NCBI GenBank assembly: GCA_021791545.1
Contig: JAJYWL010000016.1
Location: 9,533 to 73,532 of the forward strand
Reading direction: 5' to 3'
Source: a bacterium
Lineage (GTDB): Bacteria > Patescibacteriota > Microgenomatia > Levybacterales > UBA12049
DNA: 64,000 nucleotides
The translations under genes were made by a program, and so were the position numbers. Position 1 is the stretch's first letter. Each line of letters opens with the position of its first letter. The notes beneath the pieces are model-generated. The model searched no databases. It was not told where the DNA came from and saw nothing but the letters and a program-made list of their open reading frames with translations. Of this stretch, positions 38,389-49,054 are shown one piece after another.

Positions 38389-39453
38389 CTATAAAGAGGG
38401 AGTCTGGGGCAATTTACTGCCTACCATAATTACTTCTTCCACAAGTCTATTTGCATAACCATACTCGTTGTCATACCAGGCAATTACTTTAACCATATTT
38501 CCCATAACCTGAGTGAGAGTAAGATCAACTATTGCAGAATAAGGATTTCCTATGATATCGCTTGAAACAATTGGATCTTCCGTAACCATTAGAATGCCGT
38601 TATAGATTGGGTTTTGAGCTTCTTTTTTAAATACCGACACAATCTCTTCTTTTGTGGTTTCTCTTTTAAGAATAAAAGTAAAATCCGAAAGAGAACCGAC
38701 AGCAACAGGAACTCTTATAGCAAGGCCTTGGAATATTCCGGAAAGAGCAGGAAGTGCTTTTGCTGCTGCCAGAGTCGCTCCCGTTGAAGTAGGAATTATA
38801 TTCATAGCTGCTGCTCTTGCCCTCCTATAATCGTCGTGTCCTCCGTCGTGAAGTCTTTGGTCCGAAGTATATCCATGGATAGTTGTCATCATTGCTTTTT
38901 CGATTCCGAAATTATCGGAAATAACTTTTGCGACAGGAGTTATGCAATTTGTCGTACAGGAAGCATTACTTATAAGATTTTCGCCATTATAATTTTGACT
39001 GTTTATAGACATGACAAATGTAGGTATTTCGCCTTCCTTTACGGGTGCCGACAAAACGGCAGCTTTTGCACCTGCTGTTAAATGAGCTTTAAGTTTTTCC
39101 TCTGTCGTATAGTGGCCGGTCGATTCGATTACAACATCTACGCTAAGATCTTTCCATGGAAGAAACGTTGCGTCTTTTTGAGACAAAACGGGAATTTTTT
39201 TATTATCTACTATTAGATATCCTATTAAATCTTTGAACTCGGGGGTTTCCCCTGCCTCCTGGTAGGAGATATCGATGCTATAAATAGGACCATAGGAACT
39301 ATCGTATTTGAGAAGATACATCCAGCCTTTTATGTCTGTCGAGGAACCGGCGTTAATTGCAACAACTTCTATTTCTTCTAAGAATTTTTCGAGGATAACC
39401 CTATGAGCTACTCTTCCTATTCTTCCGTATCCGTTAATTGCAACCTTAACCAT
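38389..39453 (-). CDS. gap: Glyceraldehyde-3-phosphate dehydrogenase, type I
   Basis: MVKVAINGYGRIGR and the catalytic SCTTNC. Confidence 0.9.
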   Translation of the reverse strand: MVKVAINGYGRIGRVAHRVILEKFLEEIEVVAINAGSSTDIKGWMYLLKYDSSYGPIYSIDISYQEAGETPEFKDLIGYLIVDNKKIPVLSQKDATFLPWKDLSVDVVIESTGHYTTEEKLKAHLTAGAKAAVLSAPVKEGEIPTFVMSINSQNYNGENLISNASCTTNCITPVAKVISDNFGIEKAMMTTIHGYTSDQRLHDGGHDDYRRARAAAMNIIPTSTGATLAAAKALPALSGIFQGLAIRVPVAVGSLSDFTFILKRETTKEEIVSVFKKEAQNPIYNGILMVTEDPIVSSDIIGNPYSAIVDLTLTQVMGNMVKVIAWYDNEYGYANRLVEEVIMVGSKLPQTPSL

Positions 39454-39484
39454 AAATTAAGTATAACTTATAGATTTTTAATTC

Positions 39485-40543
39485 TCAATCAACTAAAGCT
39501 TCTAAACCAGGAAGATTCTCTCCTGCGAGGAAATTAAGCATTGCTCCTCCCCCCATTGATACAAAAGCGAATTTATGAAGAATCTGATGTTCTTTAAGAA
39601 AAGAGATTGTATCTCCTCCCCCGGCAACTGTAAAAGCGGAAGTCTTTGAAATTCCTTCTGCAATATCTTTCGTTCCTTTCTCAAAACCTTCCTCAAAAAG
39701 CCCCATTGGACCGTTCCATACAATGGTCTGGGCTTGATAAATTGTCTGAAGGAATTTTTCTATCGTATCTTCTGTAATATCTTTTCTATTTGAGAGAAGT
39801 TCACCAATAAGAAGTTCAGATTTAACTCCTTCTGTTTTTTCATGTGCGACCTTCATCAAAACTTGATCCTGCTCTGCAATCTCCCCTCCTACCAAGACGT
39901 AATCGGCAAGTTTGTGCATTTTTTCTACCATCGGTAGTTTTGTTTCTATTTTTGCTCCTCCTATTACAACAACTAATGGCCTTTTAGGATTTGTAATAAC
40001 AGCTGAAAGGTTCTTAATTTCTTCCTGCAATCTTATACCGGCAAAATGAGGTAGAAATTTTGTAATTGCAACTACAGAAGCGTCATTTCTATGGGAAACT
40101 GCGAATGCATCGTTTACATAGAGATCGCATCCTTTTGATAATTTTTCGGCAAAGGTTTTGTCATTCTCCTCTTCCTCTTTATAAAACCGTAAGTTCTCCA
40201 ACAGGAATACATTTTTTTCCACCTTCCACCCGTCAAAACCGTTTTTAGAGAAAGGAGTAATTTCATTGTGAAGTTCAAGTTGTGAGGCGAGCCAATCGGC
40301 GACAGGTCTTAAGCTAAAATTTTCCATCCTTCCATTAGGTCTTCCCAAATGTCCGACAATGGTAAGGTTTGCCTGGTTAGATAAAAGATATTCTAAAGTA
40401 GGAAGCCAGGATTTTAACCTTGTATCGTCAGCAATTACTGCTTTATCTCCCTCTTCTTTAAGGGGTACGTCTAAATCGCAACGTAAAAGAACATTCTTTC
40501 CTTTTACATCTGTTTCTCTTATATCTTTTATGTTTCCTATCAT
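39485..40543 (-). CDS. pgk: Phosphoglycerate kinase
   Basis: KNVLLRCDLDVPL, IADDTRL and TIVGHLGRPNG N-domain motifs, with C-domain GGGA motifs. Confidence 0.85.
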   Translation of the reverse strand: MIGNIKDIRETDVKGKNVLLRCDLDVPLKEEGDKAVIADDTRLKSWLPTLEYLLSNQANLTIVGHLGRPNGRMENFSLRPVADWLASQLELHNEITPFSKNGFDGWKVEKNVFLLENLRFYKEEEENDKTFAEKLSKGCDLYVNDAFAVSHRNDASVVAITKFLPHFAGIRLQEEIKNLSAVITNPKRPLVVVIGGAKIETKLPMVEKMHKLADYVLVGGEIAEQDQVLMKVAHEKTEGVKSELLIGELLSNRKDITEDTIEKFLQTIYQAQTIVWNGPMGLFEEGFEKGTKDIAEGISKTSAFTVAGGGDTISFLKEHQILHKFAFVSMGGGAMLNFLAGENLPGLEALVD

Positions 40544-41554
40544 TTAATCTGTAAATTCCTGGCAAAACATTTCGCCGTATGCTCCTCCGTCTATTACCCC
40601 TACTCCGAGTTTATGAAAATCCTTGGACAGAATATTTGCCCTATGCCCCGGACTTTGCATGAGTCCCTTCATCGCCAAATCAACGTTTGGAGCAAGTGCA
40701 AGATTTTCACCTGCATAATTAAAGGTTATATCCGCCTGAGACATTCTGTCAAAGGGAGAAAGTCCTTCAGGTGTATAGTGAGAGAAGTATCCTCTCTTAA
40801 ACATGTCCTCACAATGTGCTCTTCCCACATCCGTTAAGGCAGTTGATGTCTCAAGAGCAGATAATCCCCTTGATGTTCTTTCCTGATTTACCATCTCAAA
40901 CATTTTTTTTTCCGATGCATTATCTACGGATATGTTAGTTGTAGAAAAATTAAGATTTACGGATGAATCGCTTTTTGGCTCAACAGTAAGAAAAGAAAGT
41001 GTTTCGTTTAACGCTCCCCCGAAAATATTATTCAGGTCTTTTGCCATCCCCTGTGTATTTGCAACCAAAATATTACCTACTTTAGACTCAGAAACTGAAT
41101 GCTTAAGAAAATTAGAGAAAGGAAGAGCGATTATGAGAGTCAAAATAAAGGAAGTAAGCAAAAGTCCTGAAAGTATTCCCGGTATTATTCCCAAAAACTT
41201 ATTTATTGAATTAAAAATTCCGGGCGTTGGATTAAGATTTTTCAGAACATTCAATACCAGGAGTTTTAAAAACATAAATAAAATAACTTCGGTTAAAGCA
41301 GCAACTGCAAAAAATCCTATGGCATTTCCAAAAGCCTGGGGAATATGGAAAAGATCAACTATAAACTTGCCGACAACGAAGTAAAAAGATAAACCGAGGA
41401 TAAATGAAGCTACAAAACTTAGAAGGTCCAAAAAAGCTGCCAAAAAACCTAGTCCGTATCCCTCGATTCCATAAATCACCAAAACAACAAGAACAAATAT
41501 GTCTACCCAATTAAATCCTAATGCGGAAAAAGAAAGAAGAGATAAAAGATTCAT
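40544..41554 (-). CDS. CvpA-family membrane domain fused to a C-terminal CAP/SCP (cysteine-rich secretory protein-like) domain
   Basis: N-terminal four-transmembrane CvpA-like region. The C-terminal CAP motifs are NQERTSRGLSAL, HCEDM, GENLA, GHRANIL and HKLGVGV. Confidence 0.6.
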   Translation of the reverse strand: MNLLSLLSFSALGFNWVDIFVLVVLVIYGIEGYGLGFLAAFLDLLSFVASFILGLSFYFVVGKFIVDLFHIPQAFGNAIGFFAVAALTEVILFMFLKLLVLNVLKNLNPTPGIFNSINKFLGIIPGILSGLLLTSFILTLIIALPFSNFLKHSVSESKVGNILVANTQGMAKDLNNIFGGALNETLSFLTVEPKSDSSVNLNFSTTNISVDNASEKKMFEMVNQERTSRGLSALETSTALTDVGRAHCEDMFKRGYFSHYTPEGLSPFDRMSQADITFNYAGENLALAPNVDLAMKGLMQSPGHRANILSKDFHKLGVGVIDGGAYGEMFCQEFTD

Positions 41555-41604
41555 AATAATACTATTATAGTAGATACTAATAATATTGTAAGTCTACCTT
41601 TCAG

Positions 41605-43818
41605 ATGCTATCATTAAGCCGTATGAAAAAGGCTAAAAAAGAGAAAGAAACAAGTCTTAAAAAAATTCTCCTTCCGTTAAGAAAATTCTTCTTTCAAAGG
41701 CCTTTTCTGGGGATATTCATAATAGTTTTATCAAGCCTTTTCTATTTTTTCATATTAAGAGATCTTCCTCTCCCGACACGCCTTTCAAGTTCGAGCACAC
41801 CTCAATCTTCCCAGATATTCGACAGGAATGGAAAGCTTCTCTATACAATCTTTGACAAGAAAAACCAAACATTCATTCCTCTTTCTCAAATTCCTCAAAA
41901 TCTTCAGAATGCAACTATAGCAATCGAGGATAAAGGCTTCTATCAACACGGGGCCGTCGATATAAGAGGAATAGCAAGAGCTTTTGTTTCAACCGTCTTT
42001 CATCAGCAGATACAGGGAGGGTCAACTCTAACCCAACAACTCGTTAAGAATAGTCTCTTAACTCAGGAACAGACAATTCCAAGAAAAGTAAAAGAGATAA
42101 TTCTGGCCTTTGCAACGGAACTAATCTATTCAAAAAAACAAATTCTTGAAATGTACCTTAATCAAACTCCATATGGAGGGACTGCATACGGAGTAGAAGC
42201 TGCATCCGAACTATATTTCGGAAAACCGGCAAAAAACCTCGATCTTGCAGAAAGCGCTCTATTGGCAGGCCTTCCTCAATCTCCTACCCAATATTCACCT
42301 TTCGGATCACACCCTGAAGAAGGAAGAGACAGGCAAATAGAAGTATTAAAAGCAATGCAAGAACAAGGATATATCTCAAAAGACCAGGAACAAAAAGCAA
42401 TGAAAGAAACACTTGATTACAAAAGAATATCCAATTCAATCCAGGCTCCACACTTCGTTTTATACATAAAGGACCTTTTAACTCAAAAATATGGAGATAA
42501 AGTGGTAGAAGAAGGAGGACTTAAAGTAACGACCACTCTTGATCTTGACCTACAAAACGCAGCCCAAGCATCGGTAGCGGCAGAAATAAACGATCTTCCA
42601 AAATATTATCGAGTATCAAACGGAGCGGCAATGGTAGTACAACCGGGAACAGGAGAAATTCTTGCAATGGTAGGAAGTAAAGATTATTTTGACTCTTCAA
42701 TAGACGGTAATGTAAATGTTCCCCTTTCTCTAAGACAACCAGGTTCTTCCATAAAACCCATAAATTATGCAGCGGGAATAGCAAACGGTTATACTGCGGC
42801 GACACCTTTTATAGACGAACCTACATGCTTCCCCAATCAGGGAGGAAAAGATTATTGTCCGGTAAATTACGACGGCAAATTCCATGGAGTGGTTGAAATG
42901 AGAACTGCACTTGCCAACTCATTTAATATTCCTGCCGTAAAGATGCTCAAAGCAAACGGAATTTCTACTATGATTGCCACCGCTTCAGCAATGGGAATAA
43001 GCACTTTTACCCATCCGGAAAAATATGGACTTTCTCTAACATTGGGCGGAGCCGAAGTAAGCATGTACGAAATGATGGAAGTATACTCCGACTTTGCAAA
43101 TCAGGGATATAGGATTCCTCTCCAGCCTATCTTAAAGGTAACAGACAAGAACGGAAAAACTCTTGAAAACTACACTCCCCCTGCAAGTCCTATTATGGGA
43201 AAAAAAGTTCTTCCTGAGGGAGTTGCCTACATAATTTCAAATATTTTGTCCGACAATAACGCAAGAGCTTTAGAGTTTGGCGAACACTCCTCTTTATATA
43301 TTCCGGGTCAAACAGTAGCCGTAAAAACAGGAACAACCAATGACATTAAAGACAACTGGACATTCGGCTACACTCCTTCTTATGTCGTAGGCACATGGGT
43401 CGGAAATAACGATAACTCCCCCATGAGCGGTCTTGTTTCAGGAATAACCGGTGCAGCACCCATCTGGCACGACATCATGTCATATATTCTAGAGAATAAA
43501 CCTGTCCAGCCCTTCGACAGGCCTTCAAACATAGTTCAAAAATCAGTCTGTTCCGATACTGGTGCCTTACCTGACGCAAACAACAAATGTCCGACGAGAA
43601 TGGAATACTTCATAAAAGGAAAAGAACCGGTAAATTACGTGTCCCAAAAGAATACTTGGGTAGACAAAAATACACAGGACCTCCCTGCTAAAGGACAAAC
43701 AGATAATCTTGAGCTCAAAGACGTTACCTTACTTACCGATCCTGTTGGAGATCAATATTGCCTTTCATGTCCTCATCCCTCACCTTCCCCGTCACCGTCC
43801 CCTACCCCGGCCCATTGA
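41605..43818 (+). CDS. Class A penicillin-binding protein (PBP1A-type transglycosylase/transpeptidase)
   Basis: GT51 motifs ATIAIEDKGFYQHGAVD and GGSTLTQQLVKN, transpeptidase SSIKP/SxN/KTGT, and a C-terminal PSPSPSPSPTP tail. Confidence 0.85.
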   Translation: MLSLSRMKKAKKEKETSLKKILLPLRKFFFQRPFLGIFIIVLSSLFYFFILRDLPLPTRLSSSSTPQSSQIFDRNGKLLYTIFDKKNQTFIPLSQIPQNLQNATIAIEDKGFYQHGAVDIRGIARAFVSTVFHQQIQGGSTLTQQLVKNSLLTQEQTIPRKVKEIILAFATELIYSKKQILEMYLNQTPYGGTAYGVEAASELYFGKPAKNLDLAESALLAGLPQSPTQYSPFGSHPEEGRDRQIEVLKAMQEQGYISKDQEQKAMKETLDYKRISNSIQAPHFVLYIKDLLTQKYGDKVVEEGGLKVTTTLDLDLQNAAQASVAAEINDLPKYYRVSNGAAMVVQPGTGEILAMVGSKDYFDSSIDGNVNVPLSLRQPGSSIKPINYAAGIANGYTAATPFIDEPTCFPNQGGKDYCPVNYDGKFHGVVEMRTALANSFNIPAVKMLKANGISTMIATASAMGISTFTHPEKYGLSLTLGGAEVSMYEMMEVYSDFANQGYRIPLQPILKVTDKNGKTLENYTPPASPIMGKKVLPEGVAYIISNILSDNNARALEFGEHSSLYIPGQTVAVKTGTTNDIKDNWTFGYTPSYVVGTWVGNNDNSPMSGLVSGITGAAPIWHDIMSYILENKPVQPFDRPSNIVQKSVCSDTGALPDANNKCPTRMEYFIKGKEPVNYVSQKNTWVDKNTQDLPAKGQTDNLELKDVTLLTDPVGDQYCLSCPHPSPSPSPSPTPAH

Positions 43819-43879
43819 GGCTTTCATTTTGGAATAACTTATAGTATAATCTGGGGCAATCTACCCCAATAAAAAAGAT

Positions 43880-46204
43880 ATGACATTCTTATTAAATGTA
43901 ACTATTTTTGTATTAAGGGTGTTAATAGCAATTGGAGATATAGTAATTCTCCTTTTTAACCTTGCTTTCAATATTGTCAAAACCGCATTTTTCCTCGTAA
44001 AAGAAAGGGTCAAAGACGTCAAAAATTCGATCTTTGGCTTAAAAAATATTTTCAAAATAAGGAAAATAAAGCTTAGACTGCCAAGAGTAAAGATATCTCT
44101 TCCCAAAATAAGTATAAAAAGTCCTTTTAGAAGACCCTCGTATAGTCCCCTTACAGTCGTTAGATCTTTTGAAGTCGCAAAAAAAGAATTCAAAAGAACA
44201 AAAAGAATTAAACCTCTAAAACCCAAAACCGTAACTGTTTTTCCTCTTCCGGCAGCTTTTAAATTTAAATACTTTTTCTTCGGGTTATTGTTCTTTTTTA
44301 TATTCATATTCATTCCTTTTGGAATATATAGTTTCCTTCAAAGCCTTCCCAATCCAAAACAACTTTCAGAAAGAGAAATTCCTCAAACAACCAAAATCTT
44401 TGACAGAAACGGAAATCTTTTGTATCAAATCTATGTAAATCAAAATAGGACCCTTATTCCCTTGTCTTCTGTTCCAAAGAATCTTATAAACGCAACTATT
44501 GCAATCGAGGATAAAGATTTCTACAGAAACCCGGGTTTTGATTTCCCTTCAATAGTAAGAGCGGCAATTGCGGACGCTTCGGGAAAACCCGTACAGGGAG
44601 GTTCGACGATAACACAACAGCTTATAAAGTCTACCCTTCTTACTCCGGAAGTAAGTATCACAAGAAAAATAAAAGAAATTGTCCTGGCTTTCTGGGCAGA
44701 AAGGATATATTCAAAAAATGAAATCTTGGAGATGTATCTTAACCAGGTTGCATATGGCGGAACTTCCTGGGGAATAGAAGCAGCCTCCGAAGTATACTTC
44801 GGTAAAAAAGCTTCTGATCTTGACCTTGCACAATGCGCATTCTTGGCGGGAATGCCTCAAGCTCCTTCCGATTATTCTCCATATGGAGAAAATCCCAATC
44901 TTTGGAAGAAAAGACAAAAAGAAGTTTTGGATAAGATGCAAAAACTTTCCTATATAACAAAACAGCAGGAAGACGAGGCTCTTTCCGAACAGCTTATTTT
45001 TCAATCACCTCAAACACCTATTTATGCTCCACACTTCGTAATGTATGTAAAAGATTATTTAATTCAAAAATATGGACTACCTTTAGTTGAAAAAGGGGGT
45101 CTTAACGTTGTCACATCTTTAGACCTTAAAACCCAACAAATGGCAGAAAACGTAGTAAGAAACGAGGTAAATAACGATGCATACCTTAACCTTACAAACG
45201 GAGCCGCCTTGATAACAAATCCGTCAAACGGAGACATACTCGCTATGGTAGGAAGCAAAGATTACGATGATCCGAACGGAGGAAATGTTAACCTCACTAC
45301 GGCACTAAGACAACCGGGATCTTCTATAAAGGTAGTAACGTATAGCGCAGCTTTAACCAGCGGGTTCACTGCGGCAACCATCCTTGACGATAGTCCAGTG
45401 ACCTATGTCACCGCCGGAAGCACTCCCTACTCACCCGTTAATTATGACGGCAAATTTCATGGACATGTTCCTTTGAGAATTGCTCTTGCCAACTCATTTA
45501 ATATTCCTGCCGTAAAAACATTACAAAAAATTGGCGTACCCCAGATGATGAATTTGGCAAAAGACATGGGAATTACTACCTGGAAAGAACCAAGTGATTA
45601 CGGGTTGGCAATTACCTTAGGAGCCGCCGAAGTTAAAATGACTGACATGGCAACAGTATATGGAACTTTAGCAAACGAGGGAGAAAAGATAGACCTTGAT
45701 CCGATTCTAAAAATAACAGACTACAAAGGAGACATGATATATAGCAAAGGATTTATTCAAAGAACACGAGTATTGGATAAAGGAATCGCTTTTATTATGT
45801 CAAACATATTATCCGATAATCAGGCAAGATCTATAGAGTTTGGAACCAATTCTCCTCTTAACATTCCTGGTCATACCGTTTCGGTTAAGACAGGTACCAC
45901 AGATAATAAAAGAGATAATTGGACTTTTGGATATACCCCAAACACTTTAGTCGCTGTCTGGGTCGGAAATAACGACAATTCACCCATGAGCCAAAATCTG
46001 GCATCCGGAATTACGGGGGCAGCTCCTATCTTTCATGCAATTATGGAAAACCTGCTTAACGGAAAACCTGATCAAAAAATGGCAATGCCCGGAGATGTAG
46101 TGCAAAAAACATGTTATGGAAAACCCGAGTATTTTATAAAAGGGACCGAAAATCTTGTAAACTGTAATTTTATTGCAACCCCAAGCGCTACCGTTACACC
46201 TTAA
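43880..46204 (+). CDS. Second class A penicillin-binding protein (tandem paralog)
   Basis: ATIAIEDKDFYRNPGFD, GGSTITQQLIKS, SSIKV and KTGTT. It has a roughly 130-aa basic N-terminal extension before the transmembrane segment. The true start may be internal. Confidence 0.8.
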   Translation: MTFLLNVTIFVLRVLIAIGDIVILLFNLAFNIVKTAFFLVKERVKDVKNSIFGLKNIFKIRKIKLRLPRVKISLPKISIKSPFRRPSYSPLTVVRSFEVAKKEFKRTKRIKPLKPKTVTVFPLPAAFKFKYFFFGLLFFFIFIFIPFGIYSFLQSLPNPKQLSEREIPQTTKIFDRNGNLLYQIYVNQNRTLIPLSSVPKNLINATIAIEDKDFYRNPGFDFPSIVRAAIADASGKPVQGGSTITQQLIKSTLLTPEVSITRKIKEIVLAFWAERIYSKNEILEMYLNQVAYGGTSWGIEAASEVYFGKKASDLDLAQCAFLAGMPQAPSDYSPYGENPNLWKKRQKEVLDKMQKLSYITKQQEDEALSEQLIFQSPQTPIYAPHFVMYVKDYLIQKYGLPLVEKGGLNVVTSLDLKTQQMAENVVRNEVNNDAYLNLTNGAALITNPSNGDILAMVGSKDYDDPNGGNVNLTTALRQPGSSIKVVTYSAALTSGFTAATILDDSPVTYVTAGSTPYSPVNYDGKFHGHVPLRIALANSFNIPAVKTLQKIGVPQMMNLAKDMGITTWKEPSDYGLAITLGAAEVKMTDMATVYGTLANEGEKIDLDPILKITDYKGDMIYSKGFIQRTRVLDKGIAFIMSNILSDNQARSIEFGTNSPLNIPGHTVSVKTGTTDNKRDNWTFGYTPNTLVAVWVGNNDNSPMSQNLASGITGAAPIFHAIMENLLNGKPDQKMAMPGDVVQKTCYGKPEYFIKGTENLVNCNFIATPSATVTP

Positions 46205-46826
46205 AAATTAACGAGGATAATGTCTCAAAATTAGTCTTAATATCTCCCTTAAAAAGAAAACTTGTCGATATAAAATAATTTGCTCCGGCGTCTTCTATAT
46301 CTCTTATATTTTTGTCGTTTACCCCTCCGTCAACCTCAATACTAACTAGTGAGTTTTTCCTTATTTCTCGGACTTTTTCTAAAGAATCGGGTAAAAATTG
46401 TTGTCCCGAGAAACCCGCATTAACACCCATCACTAAAACTGTATCAAGGTCCTCAAAAGACACTTTTATCTCCTCTATCGGCGTCTTAAAATCTAGAGCA
46501 AGACCTACTTCGCCCATCTCCTGTGCTTTTACTACAAAATCCTCCTGACTTCCCATTTTTTCAATATGTCCAACAAATCTTTTAAAACCCGCGTCAGCCA
46601 AAGGTTTAATAAAATCTATCGGTTCATCCACCATCAAATGAGCTTCTAAAAATAAGTCTTTTGAAAGAGATGAAAATTTTTGAAAATCCAAAAAAGTAGT
46701 ATTCTGAGAAAACTTTCCGTCAATAAAATCTATATGTATTGTCCTTGTAAATTCCCGGCAAAGATTAATTTTTGCTTCAATTTCTTCCCATGAGGTTTCT
46801 AATATTCCGGGGATAATTTCATTCAT
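46194..46826 (-). CDS. rpe: Ribulose-phosphate 3-epimerase
   Basis: TIM-barrel motifs IHIDFIDG, HLMV and VDGGVN. Confidence 0.8.
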   Translation of the reverse strand: MNEIIPGILETSWEEIEAKINLCREFTRTIHIDFIDGKFSQNTTFLDFQKFSSLSKDLFLEAHLMVDEPIDFIKPLADAGFKRFVGHIEKMGSQEDFVVKAQEMGEVGLALDFKTPIEEIKVSFEDLDTVLVMGVNAGFSGQQFLPDSLEKVREIRKNSLVSIEVDGGVNDKNIRDIEDAGANYFISTSFLFKGDIKTNFETLSSLIFKV

Positions 46827-47271
46827 AATTACTTTCTATCTCTTTAATTTTCTCTATCCTTCTTACGTGCCTCTGGTCACCACTAAAGGGAGTGTTAAGA
46901 AAAAGTTCTACAAACTCCTCGGCCGTTCTTTCATCTACAAAAGCAGATCCTAAAGACAAAACATTAGCGTTGTTATGTTCTCTTAATAGTTTTACGTTTT
47001 CTTCGTTAAAACCTAGTCCTGCCCTTACATTTTTAAATTTATTTGCAACTATTGCCTCTCCTCCTCCGGACTTTCCGAAGATAATCGCAAAATCGTCAGG
47101 ATTTTCGGAAACCTTTTCCGCAGCCCTCTTTATTAAATCGGGATAATCGTCATTATTATTGAATTCATAGGCTCCCATGTCCTCTACATCCATGTTTTTT
47201 CTTTTAAGGAAATCTTTTATTTTATCCTTTAATTCCAAGCCTGCATGATCGGTTGCCAAATAAACTTTCAT
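46819..47271 (-). CDS. rpiB: Ribose-5-phosphate isomerase B
   Basis: MKVYLATDHAGLELKDKI and the C-terminal ...RHVRRI, at 150 aa. Confidence 0.8.
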   Translation of the reverse strand: MKVYLATDHAGLELKDKIKDFLKRKNMDVEDMGAYEFNNNDDYPDLIKRAAEKVSENPDDFAIIFGKSGGGEAIVANKFKNVRAGLGFNEENVKLLREHNNANVLSLGSAFVDERTAEEFVELFLNTPFSGDQRHVRRIEKIKEIESNYE

Positions 47272-47336
47272 TAACTTTATTAAAACACATAGATAACTTA
47301 AAACTCAAATTTGGAATTATTAACTAAACTGTTATA

Positions 47337-49052
47337 ATGGATAAAGCCATGAAAAAAATTCTCTTCTTATTCTCCGTCGTAGTCTTACTTTCCATTACTG
47401 TCGTTCTTGTTCCTGTAAGAGCCCAGGATGATATGTGCAAGAATCCTTCAACTCTTCAGCTTGAAGATATAAATAGATGTCTCGACCAGCTAAACAAAGC
47501 AAAACAAGATTCGGAAAATGCAACCAAACCTCTCGAAGATCAGGTTGCAGGAATAAAACAAAGAGTTGCCAATATCGAATACGACATGGGAATTAAACAA
47601 AAAAACATTGAAGACGGATATAAAAACCTTGAAAAACAAACCGAAATACTTAATGCGACAATAAAAGACTTCTATATAAAATCCTATTACAATTCACCAT
47701 TACTACTTCTCCTCGCATCTAACACGGCTTCGGAATTTACCCAGGTATTAGGGTATCAGAGGGCAAATGCAGATAGAGACAAAGCAATAATCACCAACAT
47801 TGCATTAACCATTCAGGATCTTGAAAACAAAAAGAAAGAGCTGCAAAGCGAAGAACAAAGCCTGGTAGTAGTAAAAAGTAAACTGGATAAAATTGTTGCC
47901 GATGCAAAAGCCTATCAAGCAACTTTATCGAGCCAAATATCACAGTTATCTGCAAGACAGCAGCAGATATTGGCCCAAAGACTTGCGAGTCTTAATATTC
48001 CCCTTTATGCAAATACTTCGGGTGGGTGCTCAAGTGACGTGGGGAAAAACCCGGGTTTTGGAGGAGCAATAGCATTCTTTACTTATGGTGTTCCCAACCG
48101 AGTAGGTCTTAATCAATACGGAGCTTTAGGAAGATCAAAAGCAGGACAAAAATATGAAGATATTCTAAGAGCCTATTACAACTTCGATTCACTTGAGAAA
48201 AGAGACGCCACCATTAATGTAGACGGAAACGGAAGCTATTCCTTAGACGACTATGTTAAAAGAATTTATGAAGTACCTAATGAATGGGGAGATCAGGGAG
48301 GAATGGACGCATTAAGAGCTCAGGCAATAGCTGCACGTTCTTATGCCCTTGCCTACACAAATAACGGAGCTAATTCTATTTGCACAACTCAGCAATGCCA
48401 GGTTTTCCAGCCAAACCCCAAAGGAGGAAACTGGGATCAGGCAGTTAATGACACGGCGGGTCTTGTTATGGTACAGGGCGGACAACCAATAAAAGCATGG
48501 TTCTCCTCAACCCACGGAGGATATATGTTTAGTTCGGGAGATATCGGCTGGAGTGGAACATCCTGGACTAAAAACGGACAAGATGCAAACGGCAGTATAA
48601 ACAACTGGTCCGATCTTAAAAATAATGCATATGACAAAGACTCTCCCTGGTTCTACTGCGATTGGGGATCAAGAGGTGACTACAATAATACAGCTTGGTT
48701 AAAGCCGGAAGAAGTAGCAGACATTATAAATGTAATACTTCTTATGCAAAAAGATTCAGGGGTAAGAGACCACATTTATCAGACAGATAAATCTAACCCT
48801 GCGGGAACAGACACCTGGGATGCGAATAGAGTAAGACAGGAACTTAAGAATCGAGGAGGAAATCCCTTCTCAAGCGTCTCGGATATATCCGTTTCTGCCG
48901 ATTTTGGTTCCGGTAAAACAACTAATGTACATGTTTCCGGAGATGCAGGCTCTGTTGACATAAACGGGTCCGATTTCAAGAACTACTTCAACCTTAGAGC
49001 TCCTGCCAACATCCAAATTGTTGGACCGTTGTATAATGTAGAAAAGGAATAA
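47337..49052 (+). CDS. SpoIID/LytB-domain protein with an N-terminal signal peptide and a long coiled coil
   Basis: AQAIAARSYALAY, CTTQQCQVF and SSTHGGY SpoIID/LytB signatures, preceded by roughly 200 aa of heptad-rich sequence. Confidence 0.7.
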   Translation: MDKAMKKILFLFSVVVLLSITVVLVPVRAQDDMCKNPSTLQLEDINRCLDQLNKAKQDSENATKPLEDQVAGIKQRVANIEYDMGIKQKNIEDGYKNLEKQTEILNATIKDFYIKSYYNSPLLLLLASNTASEFTQVLGYQRANADRDKAIITNIALTIQDLENKKKELQSEEQSLVVVKSKLDKIVADAKAYQATLSSQISQLSARQQQILAQRLASLNIPLYANTSGGCSSDVGKNPGFGGAIAFFTYGVPNRVGLNQYGALGRSKAGQKYEDILRAYYNFDSLEKRDATINVDGNGSYSLDDYVKRIYEVPNEWGDQGGMDALRAQAIAARSYALAYTNNGANSICTTQQCQVFQPNPKGGNWDQAVNDTAGLVMVQGGQPIKAWFSSTHGGYMFSSGDIGWSGTSWTKNGQDANGSINNWSDLKNNAYDKDSPWFYCDWGSRGDYNNTAWLKPEEVADIINVILLMQKDSGVRDHIYQTDKSNPAGTDTWDANRVRQELKNRGGNPFSSVSDISVSADFGSGKTTNVHVSGDAGSVDINGSDFKNYFNLRAPANIQIVGPLYNVEKE

Positions 49053-49054
49053 TT

